Shown: positions 22,313 to 30,412 of the stretch, piece after piece | Numbering within the stretch: the stretch's first letter is position 1 | How the letters are laid out: the number at the start of each line of letters is the position of its first letter | Origin: Candidatus Saccharimonadota bacterium | Lineage (GTDB): Archaea; Nanobdellota; Nanobdellia; Pacearchaeales; GW2011-AR1 | DNA: 32,000 bases | NCBI GenBank assembly: GCA_017609205.1 | Contig: JAFCEL010000001.1 | Location: 120,001-152,000 of the forward strand | Direction: 5' to 3' | Notes under the pieces: generated by a model | Database searches by the model: none | What the model saw: only the letters and a program-made list of their open reading frames with translations | What the model was told of the DNA's origin: nothing | Position numbers and translations under genes: made by a program

Positions 22313-22469
22313 AATGCAAAAATATTGCTAAGAATATTCTGAATAAAATAATAAAGATAACAAACAAAATTACATGCATTGGTTTTAAATTGAATTTGCT
22401 CGGATATTCTTCTCCAAACCTCATCAATCCCCCAAATCCTCCGGGAAGATTTACTCCTGTATTTGCCAT
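22311..22469 (-). CDS. secG: Preprotein translocase subunit Sec61-beta (archaeal SecG), 52 aa
   Basis: The minus-strand ORF gives MANTGVNLPGGFGGLMRFGEEYPSKFNLKPMHVILFVIFIILFRIFLAIFLH*. The G-L-x-R-[FY]-x-E...K-[IL/V]-K-P-x-x-V motif followed by a single C-terminal TM helix matches archaeal Sec61-beta. It is below the ORF-track cutoff. Confidence 0.7.
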   Translation of the reverse strand: MANTGVNLPGGFGGLMRFGEEYPSKFNLKPMHVILFVIFIILFRIFLAIFLH

Positions 22470-22489
22470 ATTCTCAAAAAGAGCAATAG

Positions 22490-22499
22490 TTTTTAAAAG
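22490..22499. promoter_or_regulatory. Palindromic TATA-like box shared by divergent secG (-) and valS (+)
   Basis: The core TTTTAAAA (22491-22498) is its own reverse complement. It sits exactly at the centre of the 50-nt intergenic region 22470-22519, about 25.5 nt from each start codon. Confidence 0.45.
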
Positions 22500-22519
22500 T
22501 TTCTTGATTGGATTAATCT

Positions 22520-24901
22520 ATGAGTAAAAATATGACTGATTTTAAGCCAATTGAAAGAAAATGGAAAGAATTTTGGGAAAAAGAGAATATCTATAAATTT
22601 GAGCCCAATTCAAATAAGAAAATTTTTTCAGTTGATATTCCCCCACCAACAATTTCAGGACGATTGCACATGGGGCATGCATTTGGAGATGCACAACAGG
22701 ATTTTTTTGTAAGATTCAAACGAATGAGAGGATTTAATGTTCTTGTTCCTTTTGGCACAGATGATAATGGACTTCCAACTCTGAGATTAATTGAAAAAGA
22801 GAAGAAAATCGACTCAAGAAAAATGAAAAGAAGTGATTTTATTAACATCTGTTTAAAAACGATTAAGGAAGAATTTATTCCACAATTTCTAGAAGATGAA
22901 AAAAAACTGGGAATTTCAAATGATTGGGATATATTTTATTCAACAATAGACGAGAGATCAAGAAAAATTTCGCAATGGAGTTTTATTGATTTATATAAAA
23001 AAGGGCGTGCTTATAGATTAAATTCTCCTGCTCTTTGGTGTACAGAATGTCAAACAACAATTGCACAAGTAGAGTTAGAAGATAAAGAAGAAGAAAGCAC
23101 ATTTAATGATATAATCTTTAAAGCAGAAGATGGAAGTGATTTAATAATTGCTACGACAAGACCTGAATTCTTGCCTGCCACTGTAGCATTGTTTTTTAAT
23201 CCAAAAGATAAGAGATATAAGCATTTAATTGGAAAAAAAGCCAAAGTCCCCTTGTTTAATTATGAAGTTCCAATCTTAACTGATAAAAGTTGCGACCCTG
23301 AAAAAGGAACAGGGCTTATGATGGTCTGTACTTTTGGAGATCAAGAAGACGTTGAGAAATATTTAACTCATAAACTACCCTTGAAAGAACTTATCACAAA
23401 AGATGGAAAACTTTCATCAATTGCTGGAAAATATAAAGGTATGAATATAAAAGACGCAAGAAAAGCTATTATTGCAGACTTGAAAAAAGAAAAACTATTA
23501 GTAAATCAAAAGAAAATTACTCATGTTGTAAATACTCATGAAAGATGCGGGAGAGAAATTGAATTCCTTCCCCACAACCAGTGGTTTATTAAATACCTCG
23601 ATTTAAAAGATGGTCTGATAAAATGGGGTAAGGAAATAAAATGGCATCCTTCTTATATGATTCATAGATATATTAACTGGGTTAGAGGGCTAAAATGGGA
23701 TTGGTGCATCTCAAGACAGATTCCCTTTGGAATTCCTTTTCCTGTCTGGTATTGCAAAAAGTGTGGGGATGTTATCCTTGCAGATGAAAAAGACCTTCCG
23801 GTTAATCCTCTCGAAGACAAACCTCCTGTTAAAACCTGTCCAAAATGTAATTCAAAAGAATTCGTTCCTGAAACAGACATTATGAACACATGGGCAACTT
23901 CTGCTTTAACTCCTACAATTATTAAAGATCTTCTTAAGGGAACAAAAGCTTATGAGAAAATCAAGAATAAACCAATGACAATTAGAAGAAACGGGCACGA
24001 CATTATAACTTTTTGGGATTTTAATACAATTGTAAAATCAAGATTACATTATGGTTACAATCCCTGGGAAGAACTTTTTATTAATGGATGGATTCTTGAC
24101 GGAAAAGGAAAAAAGATGTCAAAATCAAAAGGAAATGATATTCCTCCTCAAAAAATATTAGAGCAGTGGGGAGCAGATGTCTTGAGATACTTATCCGCAG
24201 CAGCAAAACTTGGAGAAGACCTGAGTTTCCCAGAAAAAGAATTAACTGCAGGAAAGAAATTCATCACTAAACTAACTAATGCTACAAAATTTGTTCTAGC
24301 AAATCTTAAAGATTACGACGGAAAAAAACCTAAAAAACTAGAGAGGCTTGATGAATTATTTCTAAATCAACTCAATAAATCCATAAAAACCTGCACACAA
24401 AACTTTGAATCTTATGAATACTCAAAAGCAAAATTTGAAGCAGAAAATTTCTTTTGGAAAAATTTTTGCGATAATTATCTCGAAATTATAAAGAAGAGAA
24501 TTTATAATGAAAAAGGCGATAAGAAAAAATCAGCACAATACACCCTCTACCATTCCCTGCTAACAATAATTAAACTAATGGCTCCTATTACTCCATTTAT
24601 TACAGAGGAGATTTATCAAAATTACTTTAGGAAATTTGAAAAAGATAAAAGCATCCATATATCTCCTTGGCCAGAAGAAATAAAAATTAGGGAAGTGGAT
24701 GAAGAAGAATTTAACTTAATGATAGACATAATCTCAAGAGTTCGTCAGGAAAAAACAAAAGCAAAAAAGCCTATGAATGCTGAGATTGTTTTGGTGCTAA
24801 ATAAAAAAGACCAAGAAAAATTAAAAGATATTCTAGAAGATTTAAAAAATGTCGTTAATGCTAAAGAAATAAAACAGGGAAGTTTTAAAGTAGAATTCTG
24901 A
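22520..24901 (+). CDS. valS: Valyl-tRNA synthetase (compact archaeal type)
   Basis: The class I HIGH region is PPPTISGRLHMGHAF and the KMSKS motif is GKKMSKSKGN. ValRS-typical segments are FGTDDNGLPT, WCTECQTTIAQVELE, TTRPEFLPATVALFFNP and GTGLMMVCTFGDQEDV. Confidence 0.93.
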   Translation: MSKNMTDFKPIERKWKEFWEKENIYKFEPNSNKKIFSVDIPPPTISGRLHMGHAFGDAQQDFFVRFKRMRGFNVLVPFGTDDNGLPTLRLIEKEKKIDSRKMKRSDFINICLKTIKEEFIPQFLEDEKKLGISNDWDIFYSTIDERSRKISQWSFIDLYKKGRAYRLNSPALWCTECQTTIAQVELEDKEEESTFNDIIFKAEDGSDLIIATTRPEFLPATVALFFNPKDKRYKHLIGKKAKVPLFNYEVPILTDKSCDPEKGTGLMMVCTFGDQEDVEKYLTHKLPLKELITKDGKLSSIAGKYKGMNIKDARKAIIADLKKEKLLVNQKKITHVVNTHERCGREIEFLPHNQWFIKYLDLKDGLIKWGKEIKWHPSYMIHRYINWVRGLKWDWCISRQIPFGIPFPVWYCKKCGDVILADEKDLPVNPLEDKPPVKTCPKCNSKEFVPETDIMNTWATSALTPTIIKDLLKGTKAYEKIKNKPMTIRRNGHDIITFWDFNTIVKSRLHYGYNPWEELFINGWILDGKGKKMSKSKGNDIPPQKILEQWGADVLRYLSAAAKLGEDLSFPEKELTAGKKFITKLTNATKFVLANLKDYDGKKPKKLERLDELFLNQLNKSIKTCTQNFESYEYSKAKFEAENFFWKNFCDNYLEIIKKRIYNEKGDKKKSAQYTLYHSLLTIIKLMAPITPFITEEIYQNYFRKFEKDKSIHISPWPEEIKIREVDEEEFNLMIDIISRVRQEKTKAKKPMNAEIVLVLNKKDQEKLKDILEDLKNVVNAKEIKQGSFKVEF

Positions 24902-24935
24902 TTTTGTTAAAATTGGGAGGTTATTTATTCACCAA

Positions 24936-24944
24936 TTTTATAAA
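24936..24944 (+). promoter_or_regulatory. TATA-like box for aRF1
   Basis: ttttataaa is centred about 26 nt upstream of the ATG at 24966. Confidence 0.4.
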
Positions 24945-24965
24945 CCCTTTTTCTTTGTCTAAATT

Positions 24966-26051
24966 ATGCCATTAACAAAATCAGAACTTAAAGAAATTAT
25001 TGAAGAGTTGAGAGAACATAAAGGAAGACATACAGAATTAATCAGCGTCTATATTTCAGAAGGATATGATGTAAATTCTGTCCAGAAACAACTTGAAGCA
25101 GAGAAATCAACAGCGAAAAATATTAAGTCTACAGCCACGAGGAAAAATGTTATTGATGCTTTAGAAAAAATTGTTAGATATCTTAAAACTTTAAAAAAAA
25201 CACCTGAAAATGGGCTGGCTCTATTTGCGGGGAATGTTTCAAAAGTTGAGGGACAAAATGATTTGCAATTATGGGCAATTGAACCTCCAAAACCCATTAA
25301 AGTTCGTCTTTATAGATGCGACAAAGAATTTGTATTAGAGCCTTTGGAAAGCCAGTTAGAAGTTGATGAAGTTTTTGGACTTCTTGTTATGGACAGAAAA
25401 GAAGCAACTATTGGGCTACTTGAAGGAAAAAGAATCGAAGTTTTGCATAAAATGACCTCTGGAATTCCGTCGCAGATTAGAGCAGGAGGTCAATCCTCTC
25501 AGAGATTTCATAGAATCACAGAAGGTTTAACAAAAGAATTCTACAAAAGAATTGCAGAAGAAATGAAAAAATGCTTTTTTAACATGCCCAGATTAAAAGG
25601 AATCCTCATTGGAGGACCAATTCCAACAAAAGATGAGTTTATCGAGGGAGAGTACATGGTTACAAAACTAAGAGAGAAAATTATTGGAAGACTTGACATT
25701 GGCGGCTCTGATGAATCTGGATTAAAAGAACTCGTAGAAAAATCCCAAGACATTCTCGCTCAACAAGAGATTATTCATGAAAAAAGAATTCTAGAAAAAT
25801 TCTTCAATACCCTTGGAAAAACTCCTGATCTCTCAACCCTAAAAGAATCAGCGACGAGGAAAGCTCTTGAATTAGGTGCAGTTGATACTCTGCTTTTATC
25901 TGAAAATACAAACAAGAAAACAATAAAAGAACTCAAGAAATTGGCAGAGAATATCGGTTCTACAGTTGAGATTATCTCTAATGAGACTGAAGAAGGCCAG
26001 CAATTCTCAAATCTTGGAGGTATAGGTGCTATTCTCAGATTTTCTGTTTAA
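24966..26051 (+). CDS. prf1: Peptide chain release factor aRF1
   Basis: The NIKS motif (TAKNIKSTATRKNV), the YxCxxxF motif (YRCDKEF), the GGQ motif (RAGGQSSQRFHR) and the C-terminal GGIGAILRF are all present. Confidence 0.93.
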   Translation: MPLTKSELKEIIEELREHKGRHTELISVYISEGYDVNSVQKQLEAEKSTAKNIKSTATRKNVIDALEKIVRYLKTLKKTPENGLALFAGNVSKVEGQNDLQLWAIEPPKPIKVRLYRCDKEFVLEPLESQLEVDEVFGLLVMDRKEATIGLLEGKRIEVLHKMTSGIPSQIRAGGQSSQRFHRITEGLTKEFYKRIAEEMKKCFFNMPRLKGILIGGPIPTKDEFIEGEYMVTKLREKIIGRLDIGGSDESGLKELVEKSQDILAQQEIIHEKRILEKFFNTLGKTPDLSTLKESATRKALELGAVDTLLLSENTNKKTIKELKKLAENIGSTVEIISNETEEGQQFSNLGGIGAILRFSV

Positions 26052-26062
26052 GGTTTAATAAC

Positions 26063-26073
26063 TCTTTTAAACA
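26063..26073 (+). promoter_or_regulatory. TATA-like box for the scpB/GT2 unit
   Basis: tcttttaaaca is centred about 25 nt upstream of the ATG at 26093. Confidence 0.4.
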
Positions 26074-26092
26074 TTAATTCTTTTTCTAAATA

Positions 26093-26617
26093 ATGGTTAT
26101 ATCTTCAAAGACTGCATCAGAAATAGATGAATCAAAAGAGACTGAAAATTTAAAACTCCTTGAAGCAATTCTTTTTGTCTCAGGAAGATTTTTGCCAATG
26201 AGTGAAATCATCTCACTTTCTGATTTGAATCCAATTCTCATTGAGAATCTAATGGGAAAATTAAGGGATAAGTACGAAAAAGAAAATTCTGCTTTAGAAA
26301 TTGTTGAAAAAAATGGCTCTTGGAAAATGGATGTGAAAAAAGAGTATTCTTATATTATAAATAAGCTTGCTACAGGCTCTGCTGAATTTTCAAAAGCAGA
26401 ACAAGAAACCCTTGCTATAATAGCCTTCAAACAACCGATAAAACAATCAGTAATAATAAAAATAAGAGGTAATAAAGCCTATGACCATATTAAGAAATTC
26501 TCAGAATTGAATCTAATCAAAAAGAAAAAAATCGGACACACGTATGAACTCTCACTCAGCGACGAATTTTACGATTATTTTAATGTAAACGACTCTCAAG
26601 ACCCCTTAAAAGAATAA
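26093..26617 (+). CDS. scpB: Segregation and condensation protein B (ScpB)
   Basis: The segments LLEAILFVSGRFLPMSEI and SKAEQETLAIIAFKQPIKQSVIIKIRG are typical of the ScpB tandem winged-helix protein. Confidence 0.8.
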   Translation: MVISSKTASEIDESKETENLKLLEAILFVSGRFLPMSEIISLSDLNPILIENLMGKLRDKYEKENSALEIVEKNGSWKMDVKKEYSYIINKLATGSAEFSKAEQETLAIIAFKQPIKQSVIIKIRGNKAYDHIKKFSELNLIKKKKIGHTYELSLSDEFYDYFNVNDSQDPLKE

Positions 26618-26618
26618 A

Positions 26619-27857
26619 ATGGATTTATTAACAATAACTTACTTATTATTCACCTTTTTAGGATTTTACTATTTATCAATATTCATTCTTATTTATCTTC
26701 AGAACAAAAGATATATGTTTGAATCTTTTGAATCAGACAAAGAATATTCATTAAGTATAGTTATTCCCTGCTTTAACGGAGAAGACGTAATTGAAGAAAC
26801 AATTGAAAATCTTGTAAAATCAGACTATAAGGGATTAAAAAAGATAATTGTTGTTGACCATGCAAGTACAGACAATTCTTATGAAGTGATTAAAAAATGC
26901 GCTGAAAAATATTCAAATGTCGTCGCAATAAGAAAGCCAAAGAATCTTACAGGATTATCTGCAGAAGCTAAAAATTATGGAGCACGGTTTGTAAAAACAG
27001 AACTTATAGGATTTACAGACGATGACTCCTATCCCTCAAAAGACTCTATTTCAAAAATGATCGGAGCTTTTGATGATGAGAAAGTTGGGGCAATAACCTC
27101 AAGAGTTTTAGTAAGAAATAGAGAAAAATTCTTAGCAAAAGTCCAGTCAATAGAATATAAAATCATTGCTTTTACAAGAAAACTCTTTGGATTTGTAGAT
27201 TCAATTTATGTTACTAATGGACCTCTAAGTATTTACAGAAAAAAGGCATTTGATGAAGTAGGGGGATTTGATGAAAAAAACCTAACAGAAGATATTGAAC
27301 TAACATGGCATCTGATTCATAATAACTGGAAGGTTCATATGTCTCTTAACTCCATCGTCTATACAAAAGTTCCTGAAAAATTCAAAGATTGGCTAAAACA
27401 AAGATTGAGATGGAATGTTGGAGGAATTCAAACACTCGTTAAATATAAGAAAACAATTTTTAAAAGAGGTATGCTTGGAATGTTTATAATCCCCTATTTT
27501 GCTTTTGCATGGACGCTCGCTATTTTTGGTTTGTGTCTTCTAACATACAGGGTTTCAAAGTATCTTTTTGTTAAATACCTTGCAGCTTCGTATTCCATTG
27601 AGATTCAAACAGCAATCCTTAGATTCAATGAAATAAACCTCTCTCCTTCAGTCTTGTTCTTATTTGGATTAACTCTCCTTGGACTAGGAATTTTTTATAA
27701 TCTAACAGCACTTTCCCATTCTGGAAAAAATGAAAAAGGATTTAAAAAAGAAGGAATATTCAATATTATGATTTATATGTTTGTATATCTGCTACTATAC
27801 CCTGTAGTACTGATAACATCAATATATAAATTTTTAAGAAAAGATTTCAAATGGTAA
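26619..27857 (+). CDS. Family 2 glycosyltransferase, membrane-integrated processive synthase type (QxxRW)
   Basis: An N-terminal TM helix is followed by a GT-A core (LSIVIPCFNGEDVIEETI), a DxD motif (FTDDDSYP), TEDIELT and QRLRWNVGG. Four to five C-terminal TM helices follow, as in PgaC/IcaA/NodC/chitin-synthase-like enzymes. Confidence 0.9.
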   Translation: MDLLTITYLLFTFLGFYYLSIFILIYLQNKRYMFESFESDKEYSLSIVIPCFNGEDVIEETIENLVKSDYKGLKKIIVVDHASTDNSYEVIKKCAEKYSNVVAIRKPKNLTGLSAEAKNYGARFVKTELIGFTDDDSYPSKDSISKMIGAFDDEKVGAITSRVLVRNREKFLAKVQSIEYKIIAFTRKLFGFVDSIYVTNGPLSIYRKKAFDEVGGFDEKNLTEDIELTWHLIHNNWKVHMSLNSIVYTKVPEKFKDWLKQRLRWNVGGIQTLVKYKKTIFKRGMLGMFIIPYFAFAWTLAIFGLCLLTYRVSKYLFVKYLAASYSIEIQTAILRFNEINLSPSVLFLFGLTLLGLGIFYNLTALSHSGKNEKGFKKEGIFNIMIYMFVYLLLYPVVLITSIYKFLRKDFKW

Positions 27858-28510
27858 GGTGGTTAAAAAGTCAAAAGCATGTTTTTTGGGAAGCTTTTTT
27901 TGTAGCAGTTGTAATCTTTCTCCTGGGCCTTTTACTTGGGATAAATATTGAAAAAAGTAGAATAGATCTTGTTGAGAATTATTATGCACAATCTGAAGTT
28001 TCTTTTTTAGATATGATTGCTTTGGACAAATTATCTGGAATTAAAAACTCTGACTGCAATACTTTAACAGAAGCCAATATTGCTTTTGCAGACAGAATCT
28101 ATAATGAAGCACTTATTCTTGAAAGATATGACTCTTCAAATACCATAACAGAAGACCTCAAGATTTCGCACAAAAAGTACGATTTGTTGAGAGCATTTGT
28201 CTGGATGAATTCCTTAGAAATTCTTGATAAATGCGGAAAATCGTTCACGCCTGTAGTATATCTCTATGAATATGAAACAGAAGACCTAGAAAAAAAAGCA
28301 AAACAAACTGTATGGTCAAACATACTAAAAGACTTAAAAGAAGAACAAGGAAATAACATCATCCTTATCCCTATTGCAGTTGACAGCAATCTTTCTTCGA
28401 TAAATGGATTAGTATCTCGATTTAATATAGACTCTTTCCCTGTGGTAATTATAAATAATAAACCAATTTATGAATTAAAAAGTGTTGAAGAACTAAAAAA
28501 CTACCTATAA
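27851..28510 (+). CDS. Hypothetical N-terminally anchored membrane protein, translationally coupled to the GT2 gene
   Basis: It overlaps the GT2 gene by 7 nt (ATGGTAA). It has one N-terminal TM helix (FWEAFFVAVVIFLLGLLLGI) and an extracytoplasmic domain of about 185 aa. Confidence 0.5.
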   Translation: MVRWLKSQKHVFWEAFFVAVVIFLLGLLLGINIEKSRIDLVENYYAQSEVSFLDMIALDKLSGIKNSDCNTLTEANIAFADRIYNEALILERYDSSNTITEDLKISHKKYDLLRAFVWMNSLEILDKCGKSFTPVVYLYEYETEDLEKKAKQTVWSNILKDLKEEQGNNIILIPIAVDSNLSSINGLVSRFNIDSFPVVIINNKPIYELKSVEELKNYL

Positions 28511-28524
28511 ACTCTATCACAGCA

Positions 28525-28535
28525 ATATTAAAAAA
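28525..28535 (+). promoter_or_regulatory. TATA-like box for the MBF1-like gene
   Basis: atattaaaaaa is centred about 27 nt upstream of the ATG at 28557. Confidence 0.35.
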
Positions 28536-28556
28536 CAAAAGAGAAGATTCTCCTTT

Positions 28557-29285
28557 ATGGAATGTGCAAATTGTGAAAAAAACATTGACAGACAAGTTTC
28601 TTTTAATGTTATTTCAAAGAAAGGCATAATAAGGGTGTGTAAAGAATGTTTTGAAAAAGAAGATTTTCCATTATTAAAAGAAAAAAACATAGACCCTGAG
28701 TCATTATATTCCAGAAAGTTTATTTTTCAAAGAAAACCCCTCAAGAAAAAAGAAAACCCCGAATTAAAGGAACAGGAGCAAGAATTAAAAAAAGTAGCGA
28801 GCAAGATTTATCTTTCTCAGATCTCTAAGTCCCAACCAGAAGACCTCATAGATAATTTTCACTGGATTATAATGCGTACTAGAAGAATGAAAAAATTAAC
28901 CCAAAAACAATTTGCTGAAAAGATAAAAGAGCCAGAGATTGCAATAAAGACTCTTGAAGAAGGGAAGACTCCTGCAAGATATAAAGAAATAATAAAGAAA
29001 ATTGAAACATATCTGGGAATTAATCTTATTAAGAAAAAACAAGAAGACAGCTCTAACAAAGAAGAAAAAAGATTAAAATTCGATGACATAACTACAAGAG
29101 AACTTACAATCGACGATCTCAGGCAAATGAAAAAGAATAAGGAAGAAAAGATATTTGAAAGGAACATCATGCCACGAGAGAAACCAAAAGAAGATGAATC
29201 AGAATTTATTCCTACTAAGGAGAAAAAGAAAGAAGGAAGAGGATTAACTCAAGAAGAGATTAATAAAATCATCTTTGGAAAGTAG
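28557..29285 (+). CDS. MBF1-like protein with an N-terminal Zn-ribbon, an XRE-type HTH and a long Lys/Glu-rich tail
   Basis: The four-Cys ribbon is MECANCEK...RVCKECF. The HTH is MRTRRMKKLTQKQFAEKIKEPEIAIKTLEEGKTP...KIETYLGINL, as in archaeal multiprotein bridging factor 1. The linker and C-terminal tail are extended. Confidence 0.6.
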   Translation: MECANCEKNIDRQVSFNVISKKGIIRVCKECFEKEDFPLLKEKNIDPESLYSRKFIFQRKPLKKKENPELKEQEQELKKVASKIYLSQISKSQPEDLIDNFHWIIMRTRRMKKLTQKQFAEKIKEPEIAIKTLEEGKTPARYKEIIKKIETYLGINLIKKKQEDSSNKEEKRLKFDDITTRELTIDDLRQMKKNKEEKIFERNIMPREKPKEDESEFIPTKEKKKEGRGLTQEEINKIIFGK

Positions 29286-29301
29286 ACCTTACCAACAGAA
29301 A

Positions 29302-29311
29302 CTTTTTAAAC
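29302..29311 (+). promoter_or_regulatory. TATA-like box for rpoL
   Basis: ctttttaaac is centred about 25 nt upstream of the ATG at 29332. Confidence 0.4.
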
Positions 29312-29331
29312 CAAAATTGTTCTAATTTATA

Positions 29332-29595
29332 ATGGATATTAAAATTCTAAAGAATTCCAAAGATGAAATAGAAGTCGAGGTAGGGGATTTAACAATTGCA
29401 GAAATCCTGAGGGTTTACCTCAATAAAGACCCTTCTGTAATTTTTGCTGCATGGAAAAAAGAGCATCCTACAAAAAACCCTGTATTGAGGATTAAAACAA
29501 AAGGAAAGACTGTGAAGAAATCTATCAACGATGCTATTAACTCTATAACAAAAGAATTAGGCAGAATAGACAATGATTTTAAAAAATTAAAATAA
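29332..29595 (+). CDS. rpoL: DNA-directed RNA polymerase subunit L (Rpo11)
   Basis: The 87-aa protein has MDIKILKNSKDEIEVEV...IAEILRVYL...VIFAAWKKEHPTKNPVLRIKTKG, which matches the RpoL/Rpb11 pattern. Confidence 0.85.
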   Translation: MDIKILKNSKDEIEVEVGDLTIAEILRVYLNKDPSVIFAAWKKEHPTKNPVLRIKTKGKTVKKSINDAINSITKELGRIDNDFKKLK

Positions 29596-29631
29596 TACAA
29601 ATTCTTATTAATTCTCTATTCTTAACCCAAT

Positions 29632-30360
29632 ATGCCTGAAAAAATCTCAACTGGAAGCTATGACCTGAATAGGTGGCTTAGAGGAGGTTATGAAAAGGAC
29701 GTAATAACAATGATCGCTGGTCCTCCTGGAAGCGGCAAAACTAATTTTGTAATTTTGACTGCATGCAGTCAGATAAAAAAAGGGAAGAAAGTTTTATTTA
29801 TTGATACAGAGGGTGGTTTTTCAATTGAAAGAATTAAGCAAATCATAGGGGAAGGATATGAAAAAATAATAGAGAACATCCTTTTATTAGAACCTACGAA
29901 CTTTGAAGAACAAAAAAAATGTTTCTCAAATCTTGTGAAAAAAATGAAAAAAGAGCATATTGGACTACTTATTATCGACGGTATGGCTATGCTTTATCGG
30001 CTTGAATTGGGTGATGCAATAAAATCCAGAGATGATGAAAAAATTAAACAAGTAAATAGAGAGGTTGCTAAACAAATGAGGGATTTGGCTGAAATTGCAA
30101 GGAAAAAAAAGATTCCTGTAATAATAACAAATCAAGTTTATTCAGAATTTATAAAAGAAGATGAATGGGGAAACAAAACCGAAAGAGCTACAACCATTGT
30201 AGGAGGAGATTTATTTAAATATTGGAGTAAATGTATAATTGAATTAAAATATGAAAAAGGGAAAAGAAAAGCTATTTTATTGAAACACAGAAGTTTACCT
30301 GAAAAAGAGATTAATTTTGAAATAACCCACAAAGGGATAAAAAAAAGAGGCTTATTCTAA
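29632..30360 (+). CDS. radB: DNA repair and recombination protein RadB
   Basis: The segment ISTGSYDLNRWLRGGYEKDVITMIAGPPGSGKT contains Walker A. FIDTEGGFSIERI, the Walker B segment LLIIDG and the size of about 240 aa are typical of RadB rather than RadA. Confidence 0.85.
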   Translation: MPEKISTGSYDLNRWLRGGYEKDVITMIAGPPGSGKTNFVILTACSQIKKGKKVLFIDTEGGFSIERIKQIIGEGYEKIIENILLLEPTNFEEQKKCFSNLVKKMKKEHIGLLIIDGMAMLYRLELGDAIKSRDDEKIKQVNREVAKQMRDLAEIARKKKIPVIITNQVYSEFIKEDEWGNKTERATTIVGGDLFKYWSKCIIELKYEKGKRKAILLKHRSLPEKEINFEITHKGIKKRGLF

Positions 30361-30384
30361 AATATACTTTGAATCAAACTAATT

Positions 30385-30393
30385 CTTTTAAAC
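30385..30393 (+). promoter_or_regulatory. TATA-like box for the PIN-like gene
   Basis: cttttaaac is centred about 24 nt upstream of the ATG at 30413. Confidence 0.35.
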
Positions 30394-30412
30394 CATTCTT
30401 TCAAATAAAACT

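Noticed and set aside
24916-24920. A GGAGG sequence upstream of aRF1 could be a Shine-Dalgarno site.
   Set aside because: It lies about 46 nt upstream of the ATG and upstream of the TATA-like box, so it would not be in the transcript leader. No other gene here shows SD-like sequences.
24966-26051. aRF1 is short (361 aa) with an apparently reduced C-terminal domain. I considered it a possible sign of altered termination or stop-codon reassignment.
   Set aside because: The NIKS, YxCxxxF and GGQ motifs are intact. Every long ORF in the window reads through cleanly with the standard code, and TAA, TGA and TAG all appear as terminators. As I recall, archaeal aRF1 lengths vary enough that this is probably just compaction.
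27851-28510. The C-terminus of the 219-aa membrane protein (SRFNIDSFPVVIINNKPIYELKSVEELKNYL) resembles the end of a thioredoxin/glutaredoxin fold. That would be attractive as an extracytoplasmic oxidoreductase for the many Cys-rich proteins.
   Set aside because: There is no CxxC motif. Only two isolated Cys are present (in DCNT and KCGKS), and the Cys is not positioned after a beta-strand as in thioredoxins. The resemblance is too weak to call without structure prediction.
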